Shown: positions 9,341-17,670 of the stretch, piece after piece
Layout: the number at the start of each line of letters is the position of its first letter
How positions within the stretch are numbered: position 1 is the stretch's first letter
Assembly (NCBI GenBank): GCA_964402565.1
Contig: CAYOCJ010000002.1
Span: 316,659-380,658 of the forward strand
From: an uncultured Gammaproteobacteria bacterium
GTDB lineage: Bacteria; Patescibacteriota; Patescibacteriia; UBA1558; 2-01-FULL-52-15
Length of the DNA: 64,000 nucleotides
Reading direction: 5' to 3'
Made by a program: the position numbers and the translations under genes
The notes under the pieces: model-generated
What the model was told of the DNA's origin: nothing
The model's database searches: none
What the model saw: only the letters and a program-made list of their open reading frames with translations

Positions 9341-10234
9341 ATGAAAAAGTATTTGCGATCTCGGAACGTCTGGCTGCAGGTAAGCTTGGTCGCTCTTGCA
9401 TTGGTTATCGTCTACAGCATCATCGGCCTCTACGGCGCACAACCGAAAACAAAAACGCCTGCCGGCATGCCGGTTTCAGCGACGATTTATCCGGTCTATG
9501 ATCTGGTCCGCCGTGTCGGCGGCGAAAAAGTGAATGTGCAATTACTGCTGCCTGAGGGCGATGGCCCGGATGTCTTGACGAGTCTGTATAATGGCGTTGA
9601 CCTGAGCAAGAGCCGTGCACTTTTCGCCGTTGGTTTGAATTATGATACCGCAGGTCTTCCGCCAGACCAGACGTCAAAGCTCACGACCTTGGATAAGGAT
9701 ATCAACGTATTACTGGAACAAGGCTCGGTAGGCAGTCCGTATTACTGGTTATCAGTCCGTAACGCTGAACAGATGACAAAGACCATTGCAGACAAGCTCG
9801 CTGAACTTGATCCTGGCTCGAAGGACTATTACATGAAACAGCGCGATATTGTTATTGAACAGCTCTCCGCGATCGATACAGAAATAGCATCCCTGCTCGC
9901 CAAAGTTCCAAGAAAGTCTCTGGTTATCTATGGCTATGATTGGGGCTACTTCGCGCAGGATTATGGTTTAGATATTGCAGCCTATGAACCCGCAGGCGAT
10001 ATCAGCGAAGCGCGGGTCGAGGAATTGAGAAAGACAATGAGCGATAATGGCTTGATCGCTATTTTCTCTGACATCAGATTATCGCCGACTGCGTTCTTGC
10101 CGGCAATGAGCAAGAAGTATTTTTCAGTGTATAACCTCGATGTGTACGGCGGGGTTGAGGATAGGAAAAGCTATGACCTTACCATGGCGTATAATGCGAA
10201 AACCATATACCAGGGCCTGACCGGCGCACCCTAG
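9341..10234 (+). CDS. metal ABC-transporter substrate-binding protein-like (TroA/ZnuA fold), N-terminal membrane anchor
   Basis: N-terminal TM/signal segment. PVYDLVRRVGGEKVNVQLLLPEG... resembles ZnuA/TroA cluster-9 substrate-binding proteins. No cognate permease or ATPase is adjacent. Confidence 0.45.
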   Translation: MKKYLRSRNVWLQVSLVALALVIVYSIIGLYGAQPKTKTPAGMPVSATIYPVYDLVRRVGGEKVNVQLLLPEGDGPDVLTSLYNGVDLSKSRALFAVGLNYDTAGLPPDQTSKLTTLDKDINVLLEQGSVGSPYYWLSVRNAEQMTKTIADKLAELDPGSKDYYMKQRDIVIEQLSAIDTEIASLLAKVPRKSLVIYGYDWGYFAQDYGLDIAAYEPAGDISEARVEELRKTMSDNGLIAIFSDIRLSPTAFLPAMSKKYFSVYNLDVYGGVEDRKSYDLTMAYNAKTIYQGLTGAP

Positions 10235-10815
10235 GAGTTTTTTGAAATGCTGAGGTTGTAAGCGACGATGCTCAAGACCGCACAAAGCAACCCGCAGTAG
10301 TATATGAAAATAGAAGCGACGAGTATCGATAGCGAATGGGCTGACATGAAGAGCAATAGCGTAGCGATGAAGTAGAACGCTGTTTTTGTTTTGCCGAACA
10401 TGTTCGCGTCGATGCGCGGCTCCTTGCCGTATCTGAATACCCAGACTGCAGACGTTGATGCAGCGCCGAGCACCGTCACGATCTCGACAATAATGATGGC
10501 AATAAATAAATTTGCCGGCAGCATACTGAATCCGAGGAGAATAAACGTTGTGATGAAAAAAAGTTTGTCGGCGATGGGATCAAGGGCAGCGCCTAAGGCC
10601 GTTTGTTGGTTTCTCAGTCTTGCCATTGACCCGTCGAGCACATCGAGGGCTGAAGCAAGTATGAAAAGCAAGACTGCCAAAATCCACATTGCATAAATAA
10701 TTGCCAATGCGATCGGAAAGAGCAGCAGGATGCGAATGAGCGCGAGATGATTTGGACGCAATGCCATGGGCATCATGTCGACGATCGGTTTTAATGAAGA
10801 ATCAAGATTGCGCAT
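10231..10815 (-). CDS. pgsA: CDP-alcohol phosphatidyltransferase (PgsA-like)
   Basis: D-x2-DG-x2-AR-x8-G-x3-D-x3-D motif (DVLDGSMARL...GAALDPIADK). Multi-TM protein. Confidence 0.85.
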   Translation of the reverse strand: MRNLDSSLKPIVDMMPMALRPNHLALIRILLLFPIALAIIYAMWILAVLLFILASALDVLDGSMARLRNQQTALGAALDPIADKLFFITTFILLGFSMLPANLFIAIIIVEIVTVLGAASTSAVWVFRYGKEPRIDANMFGKTKTAFYFIATLLLFMSAHSLSILVASIFIYYCGLLCAVLSIVAYNLSISKNS

Positions 10816-10819
10816 AGTA

Positions 10820-11683
10820 TTATGGGGTTATAAATGGTTGTTTACGAGGAATGATCTCGATATCCAGCGAAGGCTGTTCCAGCAGCGGTTCGCCGTCTAT
10901 TTGCGGGCGCGACCGTCCTATGTCACGCAACGAAAAACGCGATCCGGGGATCAAGACGAAATGTTTTGGCTTCCCGCGCCTGAGGTAGAAATCAATGAGC
11001 AGGCCGAACATTGAAAAAAATGTTTTATTTTTGGTAACTGCCAGCTCAAAGATGCCGTCACGAAAATCGGCCACCCGCGCAGAATGTATGCCGAATAGAT
11101 TCGACGTGTTCACGATGAATAAACTGTGCCCGATCTCAGAGTAGGACCGGTCATCGACCGTAAAGATGAAGGTATGCTGAGGCAGTTTCATTTCGCGTAT
11201 AAATGACCAGAAGTAACCCGCAAAGCCGATTATTTTTTTCAATTGGTGGTCGGTACTGGCAATACGATGGCTGAAGTAACCAAGCGCGAATGCACCGATG
11301 AAATATTCTCCGGTAGAAAGTTTTCCGACATCGATCGTCGTGGTTTTGCCACGACGTATGCTTTGCACAGCCTCGGATACGAGGAAAGGCAGGCCTAGGC
11401 TTTTCGCGAGCAGATTGGCAGAACCGCGGGGGATCAATGCAATAGGAATATCCAGTTTTGATTCCTGGAGCAGCTGTACCACCGTGCGAAGAGTGCCGTC
11501 GCCGCCGATAACGATAATGCAATGATGATCCCTGAGATGCTCTGATGTCACTGTTGTTTCGCGAATATTCACGCTGTCGACCGCATATTCTTCATGCGGC
11601 AGCATGCGTATGAGCTTTCGGTACGCATGTTCTACGCGGTGCCTGCCTGAACTCGGGTTATAGACGATACAGAGCTTCTGCAT
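10820..11683 (-). CDS. diacylglycerol-kinase catalytic-domain lipid kinase (YegS/DagK family)
   Basis: GGDGT motif (IIVIGGDGTLRTV) and an NPxSG-like start (VYNPSSGR). Confidence 0.8.
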   Translation of the reverse strand: MQKLCIVYNPSSGRHRVEHAYRKLIRMLPHEEYAVDSVNIRETTVTSEHLRDHHCIIVIGGDGTLRTVVQLLQESKLDIPIALIPRGSANLLAKSLGLPFLVSEAVQSIRRGKTTTIDVGKLSTGEYFIGAFALGYFSHRIASTDHQLKKIIGFAGYFWSFIREMKLPQHTFIFTVDDRSYSEIGHSLFIVNTSNLFGIHSARVADFRDGIFELAVTKNKTFFSMFGLLIDFYLRRGKPKHFVLIPGSRFSLRDIGRSRPQIDGEPLLEQPSLDIEIIPRKQPFITP

Positions 11684-11684
11684 G

Positions 11685-12245
11685 TTACCACCACACCTTT
11701 TTAATTTTCAGTATATACGCAGCAATATTCGTCAACGGATGGGCGATCAAGGTCATGACGCAGGCAACTATGATGATCCGCGTCGGCCAGGGAACGATCA
11801 AAGATGTGGTGGCGATATAGCCTATGATAAAATCAAGCTGATCGAATACAGGCCACGGGCTGCCAGAAGGAATTTTAAAGCGGCGTTTAGCAAAACTTTT
11901 GAGCAAGTCTCCGCCGAGAGCGCCTGCTCCGCCAATGAATCCGAACATGAGCGGATCGATATGCGCGAAGTCTATGAATGAATTCACCTGAATGACACGG
12001 AATATCCAGAGGAAATATTGAATGACGCCGACGAACATGGCAGTGAGGACTCCTATTACCACACCGCGATAGGTCTTATGATCACCGAAAACACGCGCGC
12101 CCCAAAGTTTTTGTTCTCCGTCAACAGGTATCGCGAGATAGGGCAAAAAATTCAGGCGCGCTGCAATGACCGGCGCCATATTTGCGCCATATGCCGGCAG
12201 CAATGCGTATAATGTGATCCCGACAAGCTCAATGAGTTCTATCAT
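11685..12245 (-). CDS. CDP-archaeol synthase-like (CarS / DUF46 family) CTP-transferase membrane protein
   Basis: About 186 aa and 5 TM. LLPAYGANMAPV and GDHKTYRG motifs resemble CarS. Sits between the lipid kinase and the glycosyltransferase with 1-4 nt overlaps. Confidence 0.5.
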   Translation of the reverse strand: MIELIELVGITLYALLPAYGANMAPVIAARLNFLPYLAIPVDGEQKLWGARVFGDHKTYRGVVIGVLTAMFVGVIQYFLWIFRVIQVNSFIDFAHIDPLMFGFIGGAGALGGDLLKSFAKRRFKIPSGSPWPVFDQLDFIIGYIATTSLIVPWPTRIIIVACVMTLIAHPLTNIAAYILKIKKVWW

Positions 12246-13357
12246 AGGCGTTCATGCGATGACAGCAGTTGTTCCAGTGCTTGCAGCGTTTTTTCTGCAG
12301 TTTTCTTCCAGGAAAACAATTCTACCCGCGCAGTTCCCCGTTCTATCAGCTTCTCCCGCATTTCGCTATTGTACAGGATGTCTTTGAGCGCATCGCGCAC
12401 CTTGCCGGGCTTGCCTCGAGGCACGATATAGGTCGCATCGCCTCCAACTTCTGGCAGAGCAGCCTGGTTACTGGTAATGACCGGGGTTCTGGCTGACATA
12501 GCTTCAAGCAATGGGATCCCGAAACCTTCGTACGCCGAAAGAAGAATGAAAGCCTTAGCTTCTGCAAGGAGCGTATGCTTCTCAGGTTCGCTTACCCAGC
12601 CGACAATTTTTATATCATTTTTATAATGAGAAGCATTGATGACTTTTTCAATCTCTTCCCATCCATGCCCCTTGACTCCTACCAGCACAAGCTCGAAATC
12701 GCGGCCCCATGATTCATCCTTAATCATATTGAATGCATCGACGATCACGGCGACGTTTTTTTTGCGTTCCAATCTTCCGACATAGAGTATAAAAGGATTT
12801 TTGAGGCCATACTTGGTCATCACCACCTGCGCATTTGCTTTTGTCTCATGAGAAAAGCCCAGCGGCGTTACTATGATCTTCTTTGGATCAATCCCATAGT
12901 ATTTCGTGATCTCTTTTTTTGAGAATTCAGAAACGGTCAGTATGCGCGGAAGTTTTTTTGCAATTTTTGCTGCAAAGTCCAGATACATCCGGCTCTTTCT
13001 GCTGTAACTTTCCGGATAGGGAAGATAGGCAACATCGTGTATCGTCGTGATGGTCTTGGCTGGATGAATGATCGGGATAATTTGCGCAGGTATAAAGAGA
13101 AGATCCGGAGGATTCACCAGCATCTCAAATGAAAGTCGAAATTGCGTCCAGAGATATTTGAAAGGCCATTTGAGAATTCGATATTCAAATGCTGGACCGA
13201 GGTTAGCGAGGCCTGGCTCAGGCGCGGAGTTAAAATATAAACGGTAGGTATGCTTCGCCGGAAGTGAAGCGAGTTCTCGTATCAGATAGTAGGAGTACCA
13301 CTCGACGCCTGTTTTGTTAGCTTTATTTGCGCGGGTCGCGTCAATGCCAATTATCAT
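12242..13357 (-). CDS. GT-B glycosyltransferase family 1/4
   Basis: EGFGIPLLEAMSARTPVITSN...GGDATYIV matches the GT4 E-x7-E region. Confidence 0.85.
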   Translation of the reverse strand: MIIGIDATRANKANKTGVEWYSYYLIRELASLPAKHTYRLYFNSAPEPGLANLGPAFEYRILKWPFKYLWTQFRLSFEMLVNPPDLLFIPAQIIPIIHPAKTITTIHDVAYLPYPESYSRKSRMYLDFAAKIAKKLPRILTVSEFSKKEITKYYGIDPKKIIVTPLGFSHETKANAQVVMTKYGLKNPFILYVGRLERKKNVAVIVDAFNMIKDESWGRDFELVLVGVKGHGWEEIEKVINASHYKNDIKIVGWVSEPEKHTLLAEAKAFILLSAYEGFGIPLLEAMSARTPVITSNQAALPEVGGDATYIVPRGKPGKVRDALKDILYNSEMREKLIERGTARVELFSWKKTAEKTLQALEQLLSSHERL

Positions 13358-13712
13358 GGGTATAGTATACGAGATTATTGTATTAGTTGCGAGGTTATCT
13401 GGCGGTGAGTAGCCTTTAAGTAGATATTGACAAAAAGCTAATATTATGGTATTATACTAATATTAGCATAAAGTTCCTTTAAATAAGTCTAGTCTTGCAA
13501 CTAGCTGGCATCAAAGCCTTTCTCCAACCTGTCATGGGTCGCGGAAAGGTCATGCGCCCCATACAAACTTTGGGCGCTCGCCAGAGCCGATGCGCATCTT
13601 TCTAGATACGACCGGCTCTCCGATTTTCGCTCCGCGAAACATCGGAGCTGCTTGCAATACTAGACATCCTAGTCAAAACTTCCAGCGCCTAGGGCGCTTC
13701 AAGGGGACTCCC

Positions 13713-14093
13713 ATGGGACAGGAACTTTTCATGTTCAGTTACGGAACCGCAGCGATCATCGTCGGGTGCATTCTCGGTATGGCGCTCGTCGCTTCGCCGA
13801 AGAAGCCCGTGCCGAACAAAGCGATCGTATTCACTGCCGCTGCATGCGCCGGAGCTGTGATCCAGGCGATCTTGCTCCATCGGTGGCAACACTCATCGTC
13901 CAGCTTCTTCATCAACCATGATCTCACACGCGGCGGTGAGTACCTCTACTACGCCTGGTTCGCGCACCTCACCCTCATCGTGGCCACATTCGTGGTCTCG
14001 TTGCTGGTGACGTACATCGGCGCGTACATGTCGATGATCTCGTCGTACAGCAAACAGTCGGACGCCCATCGTCGTCCCAACACTTTCCTCTAA
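13713..14093 (+). CDS. small membrane protein (hypothetical), GC-rich islet
   Basis: RBS aaggggactccc-ATG at MGQELFMF. 3-4 TM segments. The ORF-track N-terminal extension lacks an RBS. Confidence 0.45.
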   Translation: MGQELFMFSYGTAAIIVGCILGMALVASPKKPVPNKAIVFTAAACAGAVIQAILLHRWQHSSSSFFINHDLTRGGEYLYYAWFAHLTLIVATFVVSLLVTYIGAYMSMISSYSKQSDAHRRPNTFL

Positions 14094-14103
14094 GGAGAAT
14101 GTC

Positions 14104-14334
14104 ATGCGATTCAACCGAATCATCATGACCTTCCTGTTCGGAGGGAGCAGGGAGTCTCGGCCTTTCGACAATCCCAACAAGCGCCTCTACGATGAGGTCG
14201 CGATCGCGACGGAACGCAGCGCCGAGCTGCAACTCTTGCTCGGAACCGGGCGCTTTGGTTTCACCTTCGGCCGTGATCGTAGGGAAATCGAGAACGGCAT
14301 GCGGCCGATCGTGAGAGGTGGCAATGCAAACTAG
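14104..14334 (+). CDS. small hypothetical protein, GC-rich islet
   Basis: RBS ggagaatgtc-ATG. 76 aa. Followed by a strong terminator. Confidence 0.4.
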   Translation: MRFNRIIMTFLFGGSRESRPFDNPNKRLYDEVAIATERSAELQLLLGTGRFGFTFGRDRREIENGMRPIVRGGNAN

Positions 14335-14354
14335 GAAATGCCCTTCGGGGTACG

Positions 14355-14398
14355 GCGGGCTTCAGTGGTTCTCACTGGATGACCCGCCTTTTTGTTTC
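14355..14398 (+). terminator. rho-independent terminator
   Basis: ggcgggcttcagtgg...cactggatgacccgcc followed by tttttgtttc. Confidence 0.65.
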
Positions 14399-14399
14399 T

Positions 14400-14906
14400 C
14401 TAATTTTTGACATAGAGATACAGCTTCCCTTGTTGAACCTCTGGCTTCCAGGTAGGAAATGGATATCGATTCACGACAACTCGAGAGCCTGGTTTCAATT
14501 CCTTTTGTAATTTTTCTTCTAGACGCTTCATGATATACGGAATGCCAAAGATCGTAATGACAGTGTATTTAGAAAAATCATGATTCCAGGTAGAGCCTCT
14601 CATGATATGAATTTTTGAACGAAGTTTTTTTGGTATTCGCATCTTGCTCCAAATAACAAGAAAAGGGTTAATTTCAATTCCATACGCTTCAGCTCCGGTC
14701 TCAGCTAATGCATAGACCAGTCTGCCGTCGCCAGAACCAATGTCGATAGCTTGTTCGCCTGGTTTGACGGCAGCGAGGTTGATAATCCCCGCTAAGCCGC
14801 TTTGTTTGGTTGGAGCGAAAGGGGCGCCAGTAAAAAACGTTGGTAAAAAAGTAAAAATAAAAGCACTCATCAAGACGATCAAAACAAGGTCGAGTATCAT
14901 TTCCAT
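14400..14906 (-). CDS. class I SAM-dependent methyltransferase with N-terminal TM helix
   Basis: IDIGSGDGRLV (motif I) and VITIFGIP (post-I). The start is trimmed to MEMILDL; upstream ORF-track residues are likely non-coding. Confidence 0.7.
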   Translation of the reverse strand: MEMILDLVLIVLMSAFIFTFLPTFFTGAPFAPTKQSGLAGIINLAAVKPGEQAIDIGSGDGRLVYALAETGAEAYGIEINPFLVIWSKMRIPKKLRSKIHIMRGSTWNHDFSKYTVITIFGIPYIMKRLEEKLQKELKPGSRVVVNRYPFPTWKPEVQQGKLYLYVKN

Positions 14907-14979
14907 GTGCCTAGTATAAGGCATTTCAGTGAATTCGCAACCAGGTTCACTTTTTTTGATGCTCAGGTATACTGCATGC

Positions 14980-15624
14980 ATGACAAAACAAGAGAAAGCC
15001 CGTGAGGTCTTGCGGCGACTAAAGCAGGAATACAAGAAACCCGGTCCTTTTGTCGAATGGAAAACGCCTTTAGAATTGGTCGTGGGCACGGTGTTGTCTG
15101 CACAATGCACTGATGCGCGGGTGAATATGGTGACGAGGACATTATTTAAAAAATACAGAACCGCGAGTCAGTATGCACACGCTAATATCCGCGCGCTGGA
15201 AAAAGAAATATATTCAACAGGTTTTTATAAGAGTAAAGCCCGCTATCTGAAAGGAATAGGGCTGTTGCTGAAAAACGAATTCGCAGGAAAGATTCCCCGG
15301 AAGAAAGAAGACCTGTTGCGGCTGCCCGGCGTTTCGCATAAGAGTGCGAACCTCATCATGTCGAAATTGTATAACGAACATGTGGGAGTAGCCGTTGACA
15401 CGCATGTGAAGCGCGTGGCGCCGCGCCTGGGCCTGACCAAACGCCATTCGCCAGAGCATATTGCAGCTGACCTTGAGCAATTGCTTGATCCGAAAGATTT
15501 TCTCAGCATGAACGAATATCTTATCACGCATGGGCGCGCGATCTGCAAACCACAGAATCCGCTGTGCGGAAGCTGTGTGCTGGCAGACATATGCCCCTCG
15601 GCAAAAAAATTTCTCCGCCATTGA
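14980..15624 (+). CDS. nth: endonuclease III (DNA glycosylase/AP lyase)
   Basis: HhH-GPD region (LPGVSHKSANLIM) and a C-x6-C-x2-C-x5-C [4Fe-4S] cluster (CKPQNPLCGSCVLADIC). Confidence 0.9.
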   Translation: MTKQEKAREVLRRLKQEYKKPGPFVEWKTPLELVVGTVLSAQCTDARVNMVTRTLFKKYRTASQYAHANIRALEKEIYSTGFYKSKARYLKGIGLLLKNEFAGKIPRKKEDLLRLPGVSHKSANLIMSKLYNEHVGVAVDTHVKRVAPRLGLTKRHSPEHIAADLEQLLDPKDFLSMNEYLITHGRAICKPQNPLCGSCVLADICPSAKKFLRH

Positions 15625-15665
15625 AACATCTTGTCTGTTCTGTTGTACTATGATATAGGGTAGCT

Positions 15666-16232
15666 ATGATTGAGCTTACTGATGAAGAAATCGCAGCCCG
15701 CGTACAGCGCGGCGATATTGAATCATTTGCTATGTTGGTTGATCGGTATCGAGACAAGATTCAGCGTTATGCACGGCGGTTTTTATTTTCCGGAGAAGAT
15801 GTCGATGATGTGGTCCAGGAATCATTCATAAAGGCCTACGTGAACATACAAAGTTTCGATACGGATCGTAAATTTTCTCCGTGGATGTATCGCATAGCCC
15901 ACAATGAGTTCATCAATACGATCAAGAAACGCGGTCGGGAAAAGACATCGTATATAGATCTGGACACATTGATCCCTCAGCTGGCAGCTCCTGAAACAAC
16001 GGATAGCGATATTCATAAAGAAGAACTGCGGCGCGAACTTGATACGTCGCTCGAAAAATTACCCTCGAAATATCGAGAGCCATTAGTGTTGTATTATTTT
16101 GAAGATATGAATTACAAAGAGATCGCAGATATTTTGCATTTGCCGGTTGCGACCGTCGGGGTTCGGTTGCGTCGGGGAAAAATAGCTTTGCAGTCATTGG
16201 TCCGCGGAAAGGAGGAACATGGAACACAATAA
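15666..16232 (+). CDS. ECF-type RNA polymerase sigma factor (sigma-70 family, group 4)
   Basis: Region 2 (VQESFIKAYVNIQSFD...FSPWMYRIAHNEFIN) and region 4 HTH (YKEIADILHLPVATVGVRLRRGK). Confidence 0.85.
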   Translation: MIELTDEEIAARVQRGDIESFAMLVDRYRDKIQRYARRFLFSGEDVDDVVQESFIKAYVNIQSFDTDRKFSPWMYRIAHNEFINTIKKRGREKTSYIDLDTLIPQLAAPETTDSDIHKEELRRELDTSLEKLPSKYREPLVLYYFEDMNYKEIADILHLPVATVGVRLRRGKIALQSLVRGKEEHGTQ

Positions 16233-16929
16233 TGTACATAAACAATCCAGCGTAGATATACTGGAGAAGATCAAGAAAGGGAGCATCAAGATGCGCCCGA
16301 AGTGGCATTTTGCATTGAATGCAGGACTGCTCATTACCGGCACGCTCATCGTCTGCATGACCTTGGTGTATCTGGGCAGCTTTATCTATTACAGCCTGCA
16401 CAGGACTGGCGTCATGTTCGCACCGGAATTTGGATTGCAGGGCTGGTATGTATTCCTTATTTCATTGCCGTGGTTATTGATCGCTTTGTCGCTATGTTTC
16501 ATAGTCATTCTTGAATTGCTCGTGCGGCATTATGCATTCGCATATCGACTCCCGCTCCTGTACAGCCTCTTGAGCATCGTCGTTGTTATTTTTGTCGGCG
16601 GCGTCATCGTGAATCAAACGCCGTTGCATCAGCGCCTGATGCGATCCGCTGACGATGAGAATTTGCCTTTCGCTGGCCGCATGTATCGCGCCTACGGGCG
16701 GCCTCGGTTGCCTCAGGTGCATGCAGGCATCGTCACCGGATTGAATGATGATGGTTGTGACATGGAAGATCTGCGAGGCGATACGCTCTCAGTATTTATA
16801 ACTCCTCAGACTCGCATGCCGGTCGGCATGCCGCTGCTCATCGGCGATCACATCGTAGTGATCGGGCAGCGCTTCAATGATACGATACGCGCGTTCGGAA
16901 TTCGCAAAGTATTGGACTGGAACGAGTAA
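16219..16929 (+). CDS. membrane protein downstream of and overlapping the ECF sigma gene (putative anti-sigma factor)
   Basis: 14-nt overlap with the sigma gene. Multiple TM helices. Function inferred from position only. Confidence 0.5.
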   Translation: MEHNNVHKQSSVDILEKIKKGSIKMRPKWHFALNAGLLITGTLIVCMTLVYLGSFIYYSLHRTGVMFAPEFGLQGWYVFLISLPWLLIALSLCFIVILELLVRHYAFAYRLPLLYSLLSIVVVIFVGGVIVNQTPLHQRLMRSADDENLPFAGRMYRAYGRPRLPQVHAGIVTGLNDDGCDMEDLRGDTLSVFITPQTRMPVGMPLLIGDHIVVIGQRFNDTIRAFGIRKVLDWNE

Positions 16930-17115
16930 TGAAATATTCGCGAATGCCCCTCTGTAGTAGTTAGGGCAAAGGGTCGAAGAGGCATAGGGCCGACTGAGAG
17001 ATGTACGCTTTTCTTTGACCCTTTAGTTCGGCCCTCTCGTGTGGGCGATAGTGCAACACGCTCTCAATGTTCGTTGTCGTTCTTAACACGGTTCTAATAC
17101 GTAAAAGCGATCAGT

Positions 17116-17556
17116 ATGAAAAGAAACATGTTAGTGTATGCGTTCTTGCCTGCAGTTCTCGGCTTGGGCATCGTTTCAGTGAAAGCGGTTTCTGCCCATG
17201 GATTTATGGGAGGATGGGGCGCAGTCTCGCCTGACGAACTAGCGACGAAGCATCAAACGATGTTCCAGGAACAAGCAGACATCTTGGGCATCAGCGTCGA
17301 TGATGTGAAGAACGCATGGGCTGATGGAAAAACATTGATGGAGCTTGCTCAGGAGAAGGGCATCACGCAGGAGCAGCTGCAAACTAAGATGCAAGAGCTG
17401 CGGAACAGCCAGATGAAATCCCAGCTGCAAACCTTAGTCGATAAGGGCATCATTACGCAGGCTCAGGCTGATAAGCGACTTGCCACAATGCAAAATAAAT
17501 TGAGCCAGGGAGGCCATCGTATGGGTCGAGGTTTCCGGGGCATGGGAATGTGGTAA
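17116..17556 (+). CDS. secreted hypothetical protein (signal peptide, Q/K-rich helical)
   Basis: N-terminal signal peptide MKRNMLVYAFLPAVLGLGIVSVKAVSA. Confidence 0.55.
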   Translation: MKRNMLVYAFLPAVLGLGIVSVKAVSAHGFMGGWGAVSPDELATKHQTMFQEQADILGISVDDVKNAWADGKTLMELAQEKGITQEQLQTKMQELRNSQMKSQLQTLVDKGIITQAQADKRLATMQNKLSQGGHRMGRGFRGMGMW

Positions 17557-17670
17557 GCAGATCTTTCCATCGGTAACGTCAATGTATATATAGCACCAGT
17601 ACATCTCTGCCTGTCGAGTAGTTCGGGCAGAGATGTACTATTTGTAAGAACGGAGTAGTATAAAGTCGAT

